From contig JAQBVF010000028.1 in the NCBI GenBank assembly GCA_027623675.1, positions 1 to 46,146 of the forward strand: DNA of 46,146 bases. Direction: 5' to 3'. Under the pieces are notes generated by a model. The model made no database searches and had not been told where the DNA came from. It saw nothing but the letters and a program-made list of their open reading frames with translations. Made by a program: the position numbers and the translations under genes. The stretch is from Chloroflexota bacterium (lineage in GTDB: Bacteria > Chloroflexota > Dehalococcoidia > Lucifugimonadales > UBA3495). Positions 29,382-38,005 of this stretch are shown here, in pieces (the first letter of the stretch is position 1; every line of letters begins with the position of its first letter).

Positions 29382-30026
29382 ATGCGCGTCACCATGATCC
29401 ACGCCCTCGCCGAGTCCATACCGTCGGTCCGGCTGGCCTTCGCCGAGGAATTCCCGGAAGCCGAAGTCATAAATGTGATGGACGAGGGGCTGTTGATCGA
29501 TTTCGACGACCACATCACCCCTGACCTGCGCCGCCGCATGAGCAGTCTGATCGGCTATTGCCAGGACAACAAAGCCGATGCCATCGGGCTGGCATGCTCG
29601 GTCTACGCCCCAGTGGTCGATTCCGCCAGGCACCTGGTGAACATCCCCCTGGTCTCGTCCTACGGTCCAGTCATGGCCGACGCCGTGGCCGCCGGACCCA
29701 GGGTCGGAATCATCGCGTCCGTTCCGGCAACCATGCGCGACTCTGAGCATTACCTGAGGTTGGCCGCCGAACAAGCGGGGAAGCCGGTGGAGCCGCATCT
29801 TTGTTTGGCCGAGGACCTGATCGATGTCATGCGGAACGAGGGCCAGGCCGGCCTGGAACGCCGCTTGGAAGAAGAGGTCATGAAGCTTGCGCCCGACGTT
29901 GATGTGGTGCTGCTCAGTCAGTTCTCCTTCGCCGCGGCGCTCTCCCATCTGGAGAAAATCTCTCCGGTGCCGGTGCTCTCCGCGCCCCACAGCAGCGCCC
30001 GCACCCTGAAACGCTTGTTGAGCTAG
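29382..30026 (+). CDS. Asp/Glu/hydantoin racemase superfamily protein
   Basis: ADAIGLACS, RVGIIAS, DVVLLSQFS, PVLSAP; only the first of the two racemase Cys is present. Confidence 0.75.
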   Translation: MRVTMIHALAESIPSVRLAFAEEFPEAEVINVMDEGLLIDFDDHITPDLRRRMSSLIGYCQDNKADAIGLACSVYAPVVDSARHLVNIPLVSSYGPVMADAVAAGPRVGIIASVPATMRDSEHYLRLAAEQAGKPVEPHLCLAEDLIDVMRNEGQAGLERRLEEEVMKLAPDVDVVLLSQFSFAAALSHLEKISPVPVLSAPHSSARTLKRLLS

Positions 30027-30052
30027 TGACCGCCGGGGCCCTCCCCACCTCA

Positions 30053-30078
30053 CCGCTCATCCTGAGTCGGTCGAAGGA
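30053..30078 (+). repeat. REP-like palindromic unit CCGCTCATCCTGAGTCGGTCGAAGGA
   Basis: Related units at 38819-38842 and, inverted, at 41178-41202; all lie just downstream of stop codons. Confidence 0.55.
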
Positions 30079-30396
30079 CCGCACTAGCACACTGGCGCAG
30101 GCCAGCCGGCCAAACGCCCCACTTGCGGGCCGCGTACTTCGCCACTATCATGGCCCAAACTCCGGTCTGGCAAGACGATGGGCCAGGCCCCCAGCCAAGA
30201 ATCGAACACCGCACTCGAGATGATTCGCCTGCGGTCGGCCGAGGTCATGAAGACCGCCGCCGATGACCGCTTCTATGACGAACTAACCATGCCCTCGCTG
30301 CCATTGAACGGCGACATCGAGACCCATTGCCCGAGGCGCGCCAGGCCATCGGTCGTGTCGGGGAGTTCATGCTGGAGCATACCGGGTAGCCGCGAA

Positions 30397-30498
30397 GATC
30401 CCCCTCGGTCCCCCTTTACGAAAGGGGGAAGATGGTGTTCCGCTCCTCGGTGAATCAAGGAGACCAAGGCCCCCTCTAGTAAGGGGGTTTGGGGGGTC
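30397..30498. repeat. C-run/G-run REP-like doublet (CCCCCTTTACGAAAGGGGG ... CCCCCTCTAGTAAGGGGG)
   Basis: Two small hairpins enclosed by GATCCCCC.../...GGGGGGTC inverted ends. Confidence 0.6.
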
Positions 30499-30547
30499 GG
30501 TCACAACCACGGCATCTCGCCTAATCAAGAAATACCAGGAGAAAACC

Positions 30548-31240
30548 ATGATTTACGATTTTCGGATGTATACGTTGAAGCCGGGGAAGACCGCCGAGTA
30601 CCGGGCGGGCACCAAAGAGGTCAGCCTGCCCATCCGCCAGCGCCACGGCGTTACCCTGGCCGGTTGGTATTGGAGCGAGGTCGGCGCGTTGAACCAGGTG
30701 GTCCACATCTGGGGCTACAACGACGCCAAGCACTTTCAGGAAGCCAAACACGCTTTCCATTCCGACCCCGAGTGGACGCAGAAGTACATCCCCAGGGCCC
30801 AGCCGTTGGTGGCGTCCCAGAAGACCTGGCTGATGAACTCCCCCGGCTTCGCGCCGGTCTATCCGGTGGTGGGGGACGTCCCGGATGAAGGCACTCCCGA
30901 GTTCATACGCAAGAACAAGATGGTCTTTGATTACCGCCAGTACACCTTCAAGCCCGGCTCTATACCCACCTACATGGCGGCGGTGGAGGAAGTGGGCGTG
31001 CCCGTCCGGAAGCGCCACGGGGTTAAGCTGGCCGGCTGGTACTACAGCGAACTCGGCGACCTGAACCAGGTGACCCACATCTGGGCCTACAACGACCTGA
31101 AGCACCTGAAAGAGGCCAAGGACGCGGTGGCCTCCGACCCCGAGTGGACCGGGTCCTACGTGCCCCGGGTCAGCGGCCTGCTGGTCGCCCAGAACACCTA
31201 TCTGATGAACACGTCGGAGTTCGGGCCGGTTCCGAAATAG
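30548..31240 (+). CDS. Tandem double NIPSNAP-domain protein
   Basis: Two similar halves: D.R.YT.KPG ... RHGV.LAGW..SE.G.LNQV.HIW.YND.KH..EAK.A..SDPEWT; AGGAG RBS. Confidence 0.9.
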   Translation: MIYDFRMYTLKPGKTAEYRAGTKEVSLPIRQRHGVTLAGWYWSEVGALNQVVHIWGYNDAKHFQEAKHAFHSDPEWTQKYIPRAQPLVASQKTWLMNSPGFAPVYPVVGDVPDEGTPEFIRKNKMVFDYRQYTFKPGSIPTYMAAVEEVGVPVRKRHGVKLAGWYYSELGDLNQVTHIWAYNDLKHLKEAKDAVASDPEWTGSYVPRVSGLLVAQNTYLMNTSEFGPVPK

Positions 31241-31298
31241 AGGACAAGGCGTCAGCAATCAGCCATCGGACCTAGGCTGTGCAAGTCCCTCGACATGA

Positions 31299-31557
31299 GT
31301 CATCCCAGAGTTTCATCGCGGGCAGCACGCTACCGGAAGATGCCGTCATTTCGGCGAAAGTCGAAATGACGGTCGCGCCGGGCAACCACACTCGCTACCC
31401 GTCATTTTTCTCTTTGCTTGACTTCAAGTTTGCTATCGTTCCGCGGGACCCGCAATTGGTCTCCCATCAGCAACGAGATTCCTCTCTTCGCTCGGAATGA
31501 CCGAGGCGGCCGGAATGACAAACAGGGCGGCATCCACCCAGAAGACTCTGGGATGAC
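31299..31557. repeat. Composite REP/MITE-like element with 13-bp terminal inverted repeats
   Basis: GTCATCCCAGAGT (31299) and ACTCTGGGATGAC (31545); internal hairpin CCGTCATTTCGGC-GAAA-GTCGAAATGACGG (31343-31372); CGGAATGAC twice. Confidence 0.65.
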
Positions 31558-31613
31558 CGGTTTTGCCGGTCAAGATACTGGACGCGGGCGGCGGTTACCG
31601 GAGAGCCGATGGC

Positions 31614-32714
31614 TCAGTTATGACAACCGCGGGCCTGGATGTCCCAAACCACTTCCACCTTGCCGTCGCGCAGGCCGATGAACCGGTCCCAACGGCTGAC
31701 CATGGCGTCCTGCTGGGCCGGAATCAGGAGCACCTGGTCGCCGATCTTCAGGTTGGCGTTTGGGCCGACCTTGAAGACCGAATGGTCGCTGTCCATGGTC
31801 TCCACCGTCACCCCGGGGCGGTCGAACACGGTGGGCATGCCCGAGATGCTGCTGACGGCGCGGACCCCGGCGTCACCGATGGCCACGCCGGGCCTGGGGG
31901 TGCTGATGATGGTGGTTAGTATCTTCGCCGCGTAGTGGAACTCGGTCATGTAGCCGTAGTGGGTCTCCATCATCAGGTAGCTGCCGCCTTGGACCTCGGT
32001 CACGCCGGGTATCTCGGCGGCCACATCGTAGCTCCAAGTCTCCCCGGTGGAGACGATATCCAGGGGTATGCCCGCCGCCTCGATGGCGTCCTTCAGGTCA
32101 ATCACGCCCTTCATGGTCCGGTTGGCCTCCACGGCCCGGTCCTCGCGGTCGGGCATGTCGGGAATGGTCTGGTGGCTCATGACGCCCCGGCAGCGCAGTC
32201 CCGGCAGGGAGTCGATCTCCCTGGCCAAGGCCACTCCGGCGTCGATCTCGCGCACGCCGCAACGGAGCAGTCCGGTCTCCAGTTCGATGACCACGCCCAA
32301 CTCCACGCCTCTGGCCTGGGCGGCGTCGGACAGGTCGCGGGCGTTGGCCGTTTGGTCGCAGGCCACCAGAATCTCGGCCTGGCCGGCCAGGGCGCAGAGC
32401 CGCTCGATCTTCATCGGATCGACGATCTCTGAGGTGATAAAAACGCTGGGGATGCCGCCGTGGACCATGACCTCGGCCTCGGACACCTTGGCCGCGCAGA
32501 CCCCGCCGACGGTTCCGCCACGCCGTATCTGGCGGTGAGCGATGGCCGGGGTTTTGTGGTTCTTGGAGTGGCCCCTTAGCTTGGCGGCGCGCCCCTCATA
32601 CGTGTTGGCGATGACACCCATATTGTGGTCCAAGGCGTCCATGTCGATGACCAGACACGGAGTGTCCAGGTCTGCCATGGGGGTCCCTGGTGTGGGCCGG
32701 TAATGCTCGTTCAT
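31614..32714 (-). CDS. DSD1/D-threonine aldolase-like PLP enzyme (fold type III)
   Basis: LDTPCLVID, RGHSKNHK (PLP Lys), AKVSEAE, RCGV, TEVQGGSY, WDIQARG; start trimmed to ATG 32714 with GGAG RBS. Confidence 0.9.
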   Translation of the reverse strand: MNEHYRPTPGTPMADLDTPCLVIDMDALDHNMGVIANTYEGRAAKLRGHSKNHKTPAIAHRQIRRGGTVGGVCAAKVSEAEVMVHGGIPSVFITSEIVDPMKIERLCALAGQAEILVACDQTANARDLSDAAQARGVELGVVIELETGLLRCGVREIDAGVALAREIDSLPGLRCRGVMSHQTIPDMPDREDRAVEANRTMKGVIDLKDAIEAAGIPLDIVSTGETWSYDVAAEIPGVTEVQGGSYLMMETHYGYMTEFHYAAKILTTIISTPRPGVAIGDAGVRAVSSISGMPTVFDRPGVTVETMDSDHSVFKVGPNANLKIGDQVLLIPAQQDAMVSRWDRFIGLRDGKVEVVWDIQARGCHN

Positions 32715-32743
32715 AAATACTCCGTTTCTTGCTGTCGGCTCGC

Positions 32744-33856
32744 CTACGCCAAACGGCCGCGGGCTGAGATGGGCCAGAACCCTTCCAGTTTTCCATTCTT
32801 GATAGCGCGGAAGTAGTCGAACTGGTTCACGCAGGCGCCCACTTCGTAGGGCACCAACCACGCTTTGTCACCCGCGTTCAGCTTGGCTTGGGCGTCGCCT
32901 TCAAGCTCCACTATGCCGTGCTCGGCGCTGAAGCGCGTGGCCATGCCGCCATCCACCCCTTCCAAAACGGGCCGGCCTTGGTCGGGGGCCATGGCCTTGT
33001 GTCCGGCGTCCAATACCGCCATTCCGCCGACGGGGTGGCTGATCACCGAAGCCAGCACTTTGGCCGCCGGGTCCAGCTCGGGCAGGAACGACTTGAGGCG
33101 GTGGTCCATCAGTGGATACCGTCCGGCCCGCACTTCGGTAACGCCGAGCATCTGGATGGCTTGGGCGTAGCAGTGCGCGCCGCCGACGCTGACCACCCGC
33201 ACCGAAAGGCCAGCCTTCTTCATGTCCCCACAGGCGTCCAGGACGACTTGTAGATTGGCCTTGGTTTTGGCTTCATGTTGCGCTGGGTCGTCATCGCCCT
33301 TGGGGCCGGGAACCGAACCCATGACGCCCTCGAACCTGAGCCCCGGCAGGTCCCGCACTTTCTGCGCCAGCGCCACCGCGTCCGGACCGGGGGCGATGCC
33401 GCACCGGCCCATGCCGGCTTCGACCTCGACCAACACTCTCAACTCCACACCGGCCGCAACCGCGCCGTCGGACAGCTGTTGGGCGTTGTCGGGGTTGTCC
33501 ACGGCCACGCTGATGCTGGTCTGGTCCGCCAGGGCGCAAAGGCGCCTGATCTTGGAGGCGGTCACCACCTGGTTGGCCAGGAGGATGTCGGCGAACCCCG
33601 AGTTGGCGAAGACCTCCGCCTCACCCAAGGTGGTTACCGCGATGCCGCCCACGGTGCCGCCGGCGTCAAGCTGCCGCCGGGCGATCTGGGGGCACAGGTG
33701 ACTGGTCACCACCGGCCGGGCCTTGGCCGCCGAGTCCTTGAAGTAACCCTGGAAGGTCCGGATGTTGCGGTCCATGACGTCCAGGTCCAGCACCAATGCC
33801 GGCGTGTCCAGCGCTGCCACCTGGGTGCCCACCGGTTGAAAGATCGGTCGTTCCAT
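32744..33856 (-). CDS. DSD1/D-threonine aldolase-like paralog lacking the PLP lysine
   Basis: LDTPALVLD, GMGRCG, TEVRAGRY, DAGHKA, SAEHG, WPISARG; RPVVTSHL replaces RPHxKTHK. Confidence 0.88.
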   Translation of the reverse strand: MERPIFQPVGTQVAALDTPALVLDLDVMDRNIRTFQGYFKDSAAKARPVVTSHLCPQIARRQLDAGGTVGGIAVTTLGEAEVFANSGFADILLANQVVTASKIRRLCALADQTSISVAVDNPDNAQQLSDGAVAAGVELRVLVEVEAGMGRCGIAPGPDAVALAQKVRDLPGLRFEGVMGSVPGPKGDDDPAQHEAKTKANLQVVLDACGDMKKAGLSVRVVSVGGAHCYAQAIQMLGVTEVRAGRYPLMDHRLKSFLPELDPAAKVLASVISHPVGGMAVLDAGHKAMAPDQGRPVLEGVDGGMATRFSAEHGIVELEGDAQAKLNAGDKAWLVPYEVGACVNQFDYFRAIKNGKLEGFWPISARGRLA

Positions 33857-34044
33857 CTAGGCAGTCTCCATCGGGGAGTTAAGTGGGCAGAAGAATATCA
33901 TATCTGCGGCTTCGGTACAGGCTCCGGTCCGGCCTCATAAAATCACGTTCAGGTTGCATTTCCCCACGCCCGGTGCAACAATCTGAGCGGCTATCGGGGA
34001 AGCTAGATCGATAGGGCAATCGCGCTTCCATTGGAGACTGATTG

Positions 34045-35292
34045 ATGCCAGGACTGTTGGAAGGGGTCAAGGTGCTGGACCTGACCCATTATATCGCCGG
34101 ACCCTATTGCACCAAGCTACTGGCCGGTCTGGGCGCGGACGTGATCAAGATTGAGCGGCCCCAAGTCGGCGACGGAATGCGGTGGCTGGGGCCATGGTCG
34201 TCGGGAACGGAAATCTCCTCTTTCGAAAGGGGAGGACGTGCGCCGGAGGATGGGGCCTGGTTCCTTTATCTGAATACGGCCAAGCAGAGTTTGGCCTTGG
34301 ACATCAAGTCGGAAGAGGGCCGGCGGGTGCTTCTGGAGCTGGCGGCCCAGGCCGACATACTGGTCGAGAATTTCGCCCCCGGAACCCTGGACTCATTGGG
34401 ACTGGGGTACGACGTTTTAAAGCAGGCCAACCCGGCGCTGGTGTTGACGTCCATCTCCAACTTCGGACAGACCGGGCCCTACCGCGACTGGAAGGCCGCT
34501 GAGTTGAACCTCTACGCCTTGGGCGGACTGATGAACATCACCGGCGAGCCGGAGCAGGAACCACTGAAGGAGGGCATGCCCCTGGCCCAATTGGGCGCGG
34601 GACAGAACGCCTTCGCCGCCACCATGGCCGCCTTGATGTACGCCGAGGAGACCGGCGAGGGCCAACAGATCGACCTGTCCATCGCCGAATACGCCACCAA
34701 CATACTGGAGAACGCCCTGATGCAATACAGCTACTCGGGGCAGGAATACAGCCGGGTGGGCAACCGGGGCTACGGCCGGGCCGCCTGGGGAATCTACCCC
34801 TGCCAGGACGGCTTCGTGGGCATCATCGCCGGGCCGGACCACCGCTGGCCTGAGGTGGCCACGATCATGGAACGGGAGGAACTGTCCGACCCTCGGTTCA
34901 CCTCCCGCGCCGGACGCCTGGAACATGCCGACGAAGTGGACGCCTACATGCTGCCCTGGCTGGTGACCAATGACAAGGTGGACATCTTCAAGGCCGGACA
35001 GGAAAGCGGACTGGGCTTCAGCTTCGTCGCCACCATGCAGGACATCTTGGAGATGGAACAGCTACTGGACCGAGGCTATTTCGTTTCCCTAGACCATCCG
35101 GTGGCTGGGACCCTCAGCTATCCCGGCGCGCCCATCATGCCCGAAGATAGCGTCGATGCCTGGGTGTTCCGCCGGGCGCCGCTGCTGGGCGAGCACACCT
35201 CCGATGCCCTGAAGTCATGGCTGAACTATTCGCAACACCAGATAGACGACTTGGCCGGGCAGTCGGTCATCGCGGGGGCACAAAATGTCTAG
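34045..35292 (+). CDS. CaiB/BaiF family III CoA-transferase subunit (Asp->Gln)
   Basis: IAGPYCTKLLA, NTAKQS, VENF, SNFGQTGPY, APLLGEHT; PLAQLGAG at the Asp position. Confidence 0.92.
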   Translation: MPGLLEGVKVLDLTHYIAGPYCTKLLAGLGADVIKIERPQVGDGMRWLGPWSSGTEISSFERGGRAPEDGAWFLYLNTAKQSLALDIKSEEGRRVLLELAAQADILVENFAPGTLDSLGLGYDVLKQANPALVLTSISNFGQTGPYRDWKAAELNLYALGGLMNITGEPEQEPLKEGMPLAQLGAGQNAFAATMAALMYAEETGEGQQIDLSIAEYATNILENALMQYSYSGQEYSRVGNRGYGRAAWGIYPCQDGFVGIIAGPDHRWPEVATIMEREELSDPRFTSRAGRLEHADEVDAYMLPWLVTNDKVDIFKAGQESGLGFSFVATMQDILEMEQLLDRGYFVSLDHPVAGTLSYPGAPIMPEDSVDAWVFRRAPLLGEHTSDALKSWLNYSQHQIDDLAGQSVIAGAQNV

Positions 35293-36580
35293 CGCAATGC
35301 AGGGTCCGGCGGAAAAAATGCCCCTCAAGAACTACCGTGTGCTGGACCTATCCCGCATCTGGGCGGGGCCGTACTGCACCAAGTTGTTCGCCGACATGGG
35401 CGCGGAGATCATCAAGATGGAGTCGCTCAGCGTCTACGATTCCCACCGTGGACCGGTAACCCCGGCCAGGGGTATCGCCGCCTATCCCGACGCCGAACCG
35501 GGCGAGGAGCCCTGGAACCGCAACGGCTGGTTCAACTGCCTCCACATGTCCAAGTACGGCGTCACCCTGGAACTGACCACTGAGGAAGGCCGGAGGGTCT
35601 TCGAGCGGCTGGTGTCAATCAGCGACGTGGTCATCGAGAACTTCCGGCAGGGCAGCCTGGAAAGGCTGGGCTACAACTACCAGGAGCTCCGCAAACACCG
35701 GCCCGACCTGATCTACGTCTCCATGCCGGCCTTCGGCAACACCGGACCTTGGAAGGGCTACCTGGGCTACGGCATTGGGCAGGAGCAGCTCTCGGGCATG
35801 GCTCACATGACCGGCTACCGCAACGAAGGGCCCATGAAATCGGGCATCAACCACGGCGACCCCATCACCGGCTCCCACGCCGCCGGGGTGCTGATGGCCG
35901 CCCTGCGCCACCGCCGCCGCACCGGCGAGGGCATGTTCATCGATGTCTCCCAGCAGGAGTCCTCGGTGGCCCTGATGGGACCCGAAGTGCTGGCCTACCA
36001 GATGACCGGACGGGAGCCCGAGCGCCAGGGCAACCGGTCCAACTGGTACGCCCCCGCCAACAGCTATCCCTGCGCCGGAGAGGACCGCTGGGTGACCATC
36101 GCCGTGACCAACCAAGACCAATGGCGAAGCTTCACCCGGGCGATCGGCGCTCCGGAACTGGCCGATGACGCCCGGTTCGCCTCCCCCGAGGGACGCCGGG
36201 AGAACCAGGACGAATTGGACGGGATAATCGCCAGGTGGACCAGCGGACTGGAAGCCTATGACGCGACCCAAAAGCTTCAGGACGCCGGGGTCCCCGCCGG
36301 GCCGGTGCTGCGAGGGCCCGACCTGCTGGCCGACGCCCATTACCAAGACCGGGGGACGTTCGTCACCGTCGACCACTCTCAGGTGGGCCCCAAGCAGTAT
36401 CCGGGGATACCCTGGAAGATGTCGGCCACACCCGGACAGGTCCGCTGGCCGTCGCCAACCCTTGGGCAGCACAACCGTGGGGTATACGGCGAGCTATTGG
36501 GGCTGACCGGCGCCGAGATCGACCAATTGGAAGCGACTGGGATCATCGGCACCAAGCCCACCGGTTCGCGCATCATCTAG
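35285..36580 (+). CDS. CaiB/BaiF family III CoA-transferase subunit (Asp retained)
   Basis: WAGPYCT, IENF, NHGDPITG, SPTLGQHN; overlaps the upstream stop. Confidence 0.93.
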   Translation: MSSAMQGPAEKMPLKNYRVLDLSRIWAGPYCTKLFADMGAEIIKMESLSVYDSHRGPVTPARGIAAYPDAEPGEEPWNRNGWFNCLHMSKYGVTLELTTEEGRRVFERLVSISDVVIENFRQGSLERLGYNYQELRKHRPDLIYVSMPAFGNTGPWKGYLGYGIGQEQLSGMAHMTGYRNEGPMKSGINHGDPITGSHAAGVLMAALRHRRRTGEGMFIDVSQQESSVALMGPEVLAYQMTGREPERQGNRSNWYAPANSYPCAGEDRWVTIAVTNQDQWRSFTRAIGAPELADDARFASPEGRRENQDELDGIIARWTSGLEAYDATQKLQDAGVPAGPVLRGPDLLADAHYQDRGTFVTVDHSQVGPKQYPGIPWKMSATPGQVRWPSPTLGQHNRGVYGELLGLTGAEIDQLEATGIIGTKPTGSRII

Positions 36581-36581
36581 C

Positions 36582-37886
36582 TTGCTGCCAAAAGGCTTGT
36601 TTCCGAGGGGTTTCTTCTACGGCTGGGTGATCGTCGCGGTCATGTGGCTGGTCAACTTCTCCACCATGGCCACGGGAAACCTCAGCTTCGGCCTGTTCGT
36701 GATTCCCATGGGCGGCGCGCTGGGCATGACCCGCAGTCAGTTCGGCTGGGCCGTGACCACCCGCAGGCTGGCCGCCGGACTCTCCGCCTACATCGTGGGA
36801 AGGCTCCTGGACCGCTACGGCCCCCGCGTGCTGATCCCCGTCTCCGGCGTGATCATCGGCGTCGCCCTGATCGGCGTCAGCCGGGTCAACTCGCCCTGGC
36901 AGGTGATCGCCCTATTCGGACTGTTGGGCCTGACCGGACTGGCGGCGCCCCAGAACATCATGACGTCTGTCCCGGTGGCCAAGTGGTTCCAGCGCAAACG
37001 TGGGCTGGCGCTGGCGCTGGCAACCAGCGGTCTGGGCATCGGCGGCATCTTCTTCCTGCCCATCACCCAGGCCCTGCTGGGCAGCGTGGGCTGGCGCACC
37101 ACCTGGGTCGTGATGGCCGTGGTATTCATGGCCTTGTCCGTACCCCTCTCCGCCATCTTCCTGCGCCGCCAACCCGAGGACATGGGACTGCAGATGGACG
37201 GCGGTCCACTGGCGCCGGTAACCGGCGGGCCCATCGGGCAGCCAGCCCCAACGCCGCCGGAAGAAAGGTCTTGGACCGTCCGGGAAGCTTTCCGGACACA
37301 CACCATGTGGCAGCTGCTGTTGGCCTTCGGGCTGGCCGGCGTGGCCCAGGGAGGGGCCAGCGTGCACCGCATCCCCTACTGGATCGAGAGGGGCTTCGAC
37401 GCCCAGACCGTGGCCTACTCCTTCGCCGCCGACGCCGGTGGAGCGGCCACCATGGCGTTGTTCGCCGGGTGGCTCGCCGACAAGGTGCCCATCCGAGTCA
37501 TCGCCGGCGGGTCATACGTCGGGTTGGCCGGCGCCATCGGGCTGATGCTGGTGGGGCGCAACGAGTTCTACCTGTTCGGCTCCACCATCACCTTTGGCCT
37601 GTCGGTGGGCGCGGGCATGATCGTCCAGTCCTACATCTTCGCGTCCTACTTCGGCCGGACGTTTTTAGGCAGCATCCGGGGCATCGTCATGCCATTCATG
37701 CTGATCAGCGCCGGGATCGGAGCGCCCTTGGTCGGCTACATCCGGGACAGCACGGGAAGCTACGTTTCATCCTGGTGGCTGATACTGGGCATTTACCTGC
37801 TGGCCGGTCTGATAATCAGCAGCGCCAAAAGGCCGCCGCAACTAGTCACCGCCGAGGATGCACCAGTGGGCAAACCCGTGCTTTAA
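36582..37886 (+). CDS. MFS transporter (monocarboxylate/OFA-like)
   Basis: About 12 hydrophobic segments; GRLLDRYGPR motif A, WFQRKRGLA, GWLADKV. Confidence 0.92.
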   Translation: MLPKGLFPRGFFYGWVIVAVMWLVNFSTMATGNLSFGLFVIPMGGALGMTRSQFGWAVTTRRLAAGLSAYIVGRLLDRYGPRVLIPVSGVIIGVALIGVSRVNSPWQVIALFGLLGLTGLAAPQNIMTSVPVAKWFQRKRGLALALATSGLGIGGIFFLPITQALLGSVGWRTTWVVMAVVFMALSVPLSAIFLRRQPEDMGLQMDGGPLAPVTGGPIGQPAPTPPEERSWTVREAFRTHTMWQLLLAFGLAGVAQGGASVHRIPYWIERGFDAQTVAYSFAADAGGAATMALFAGWLADKVPIRVIAGGSYVGLAGAIGLMLVGRNEFYLFGSTITFGLSVGAGMIVQSYIFASYFGRTFLGSIRGIVMPFMLISAGIGAPLVGYIRDSTGSYVSSWWLILGIYLLAGLIISSAKRPPQLVTAEDAPVGKPVL

Positions 37887-38005
37887 TCCCCGTGCCCAAG
37901 GCTATACAATAATCCCGGCCAACCTGGAACCCCGGCCACTGAATCGACACCGAAACCCAAGGCCCTGGTCCCACCGGGACTGACGACGAATAACGGAGGC
38001 GCAGC

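Noticed and set aside
32715..32861. N-terminal extension of the 415-aa ORF in the track
   Set aside because: Overlaps the upstream paralog; ATG 32714 has an RBS and matches the paralog length
36644..37912. 422-aa alternative-frame ORF inside the MFS gene
   Set aside because: Arg/His/Pro-rich off-frame translation typical of GC-rich genes
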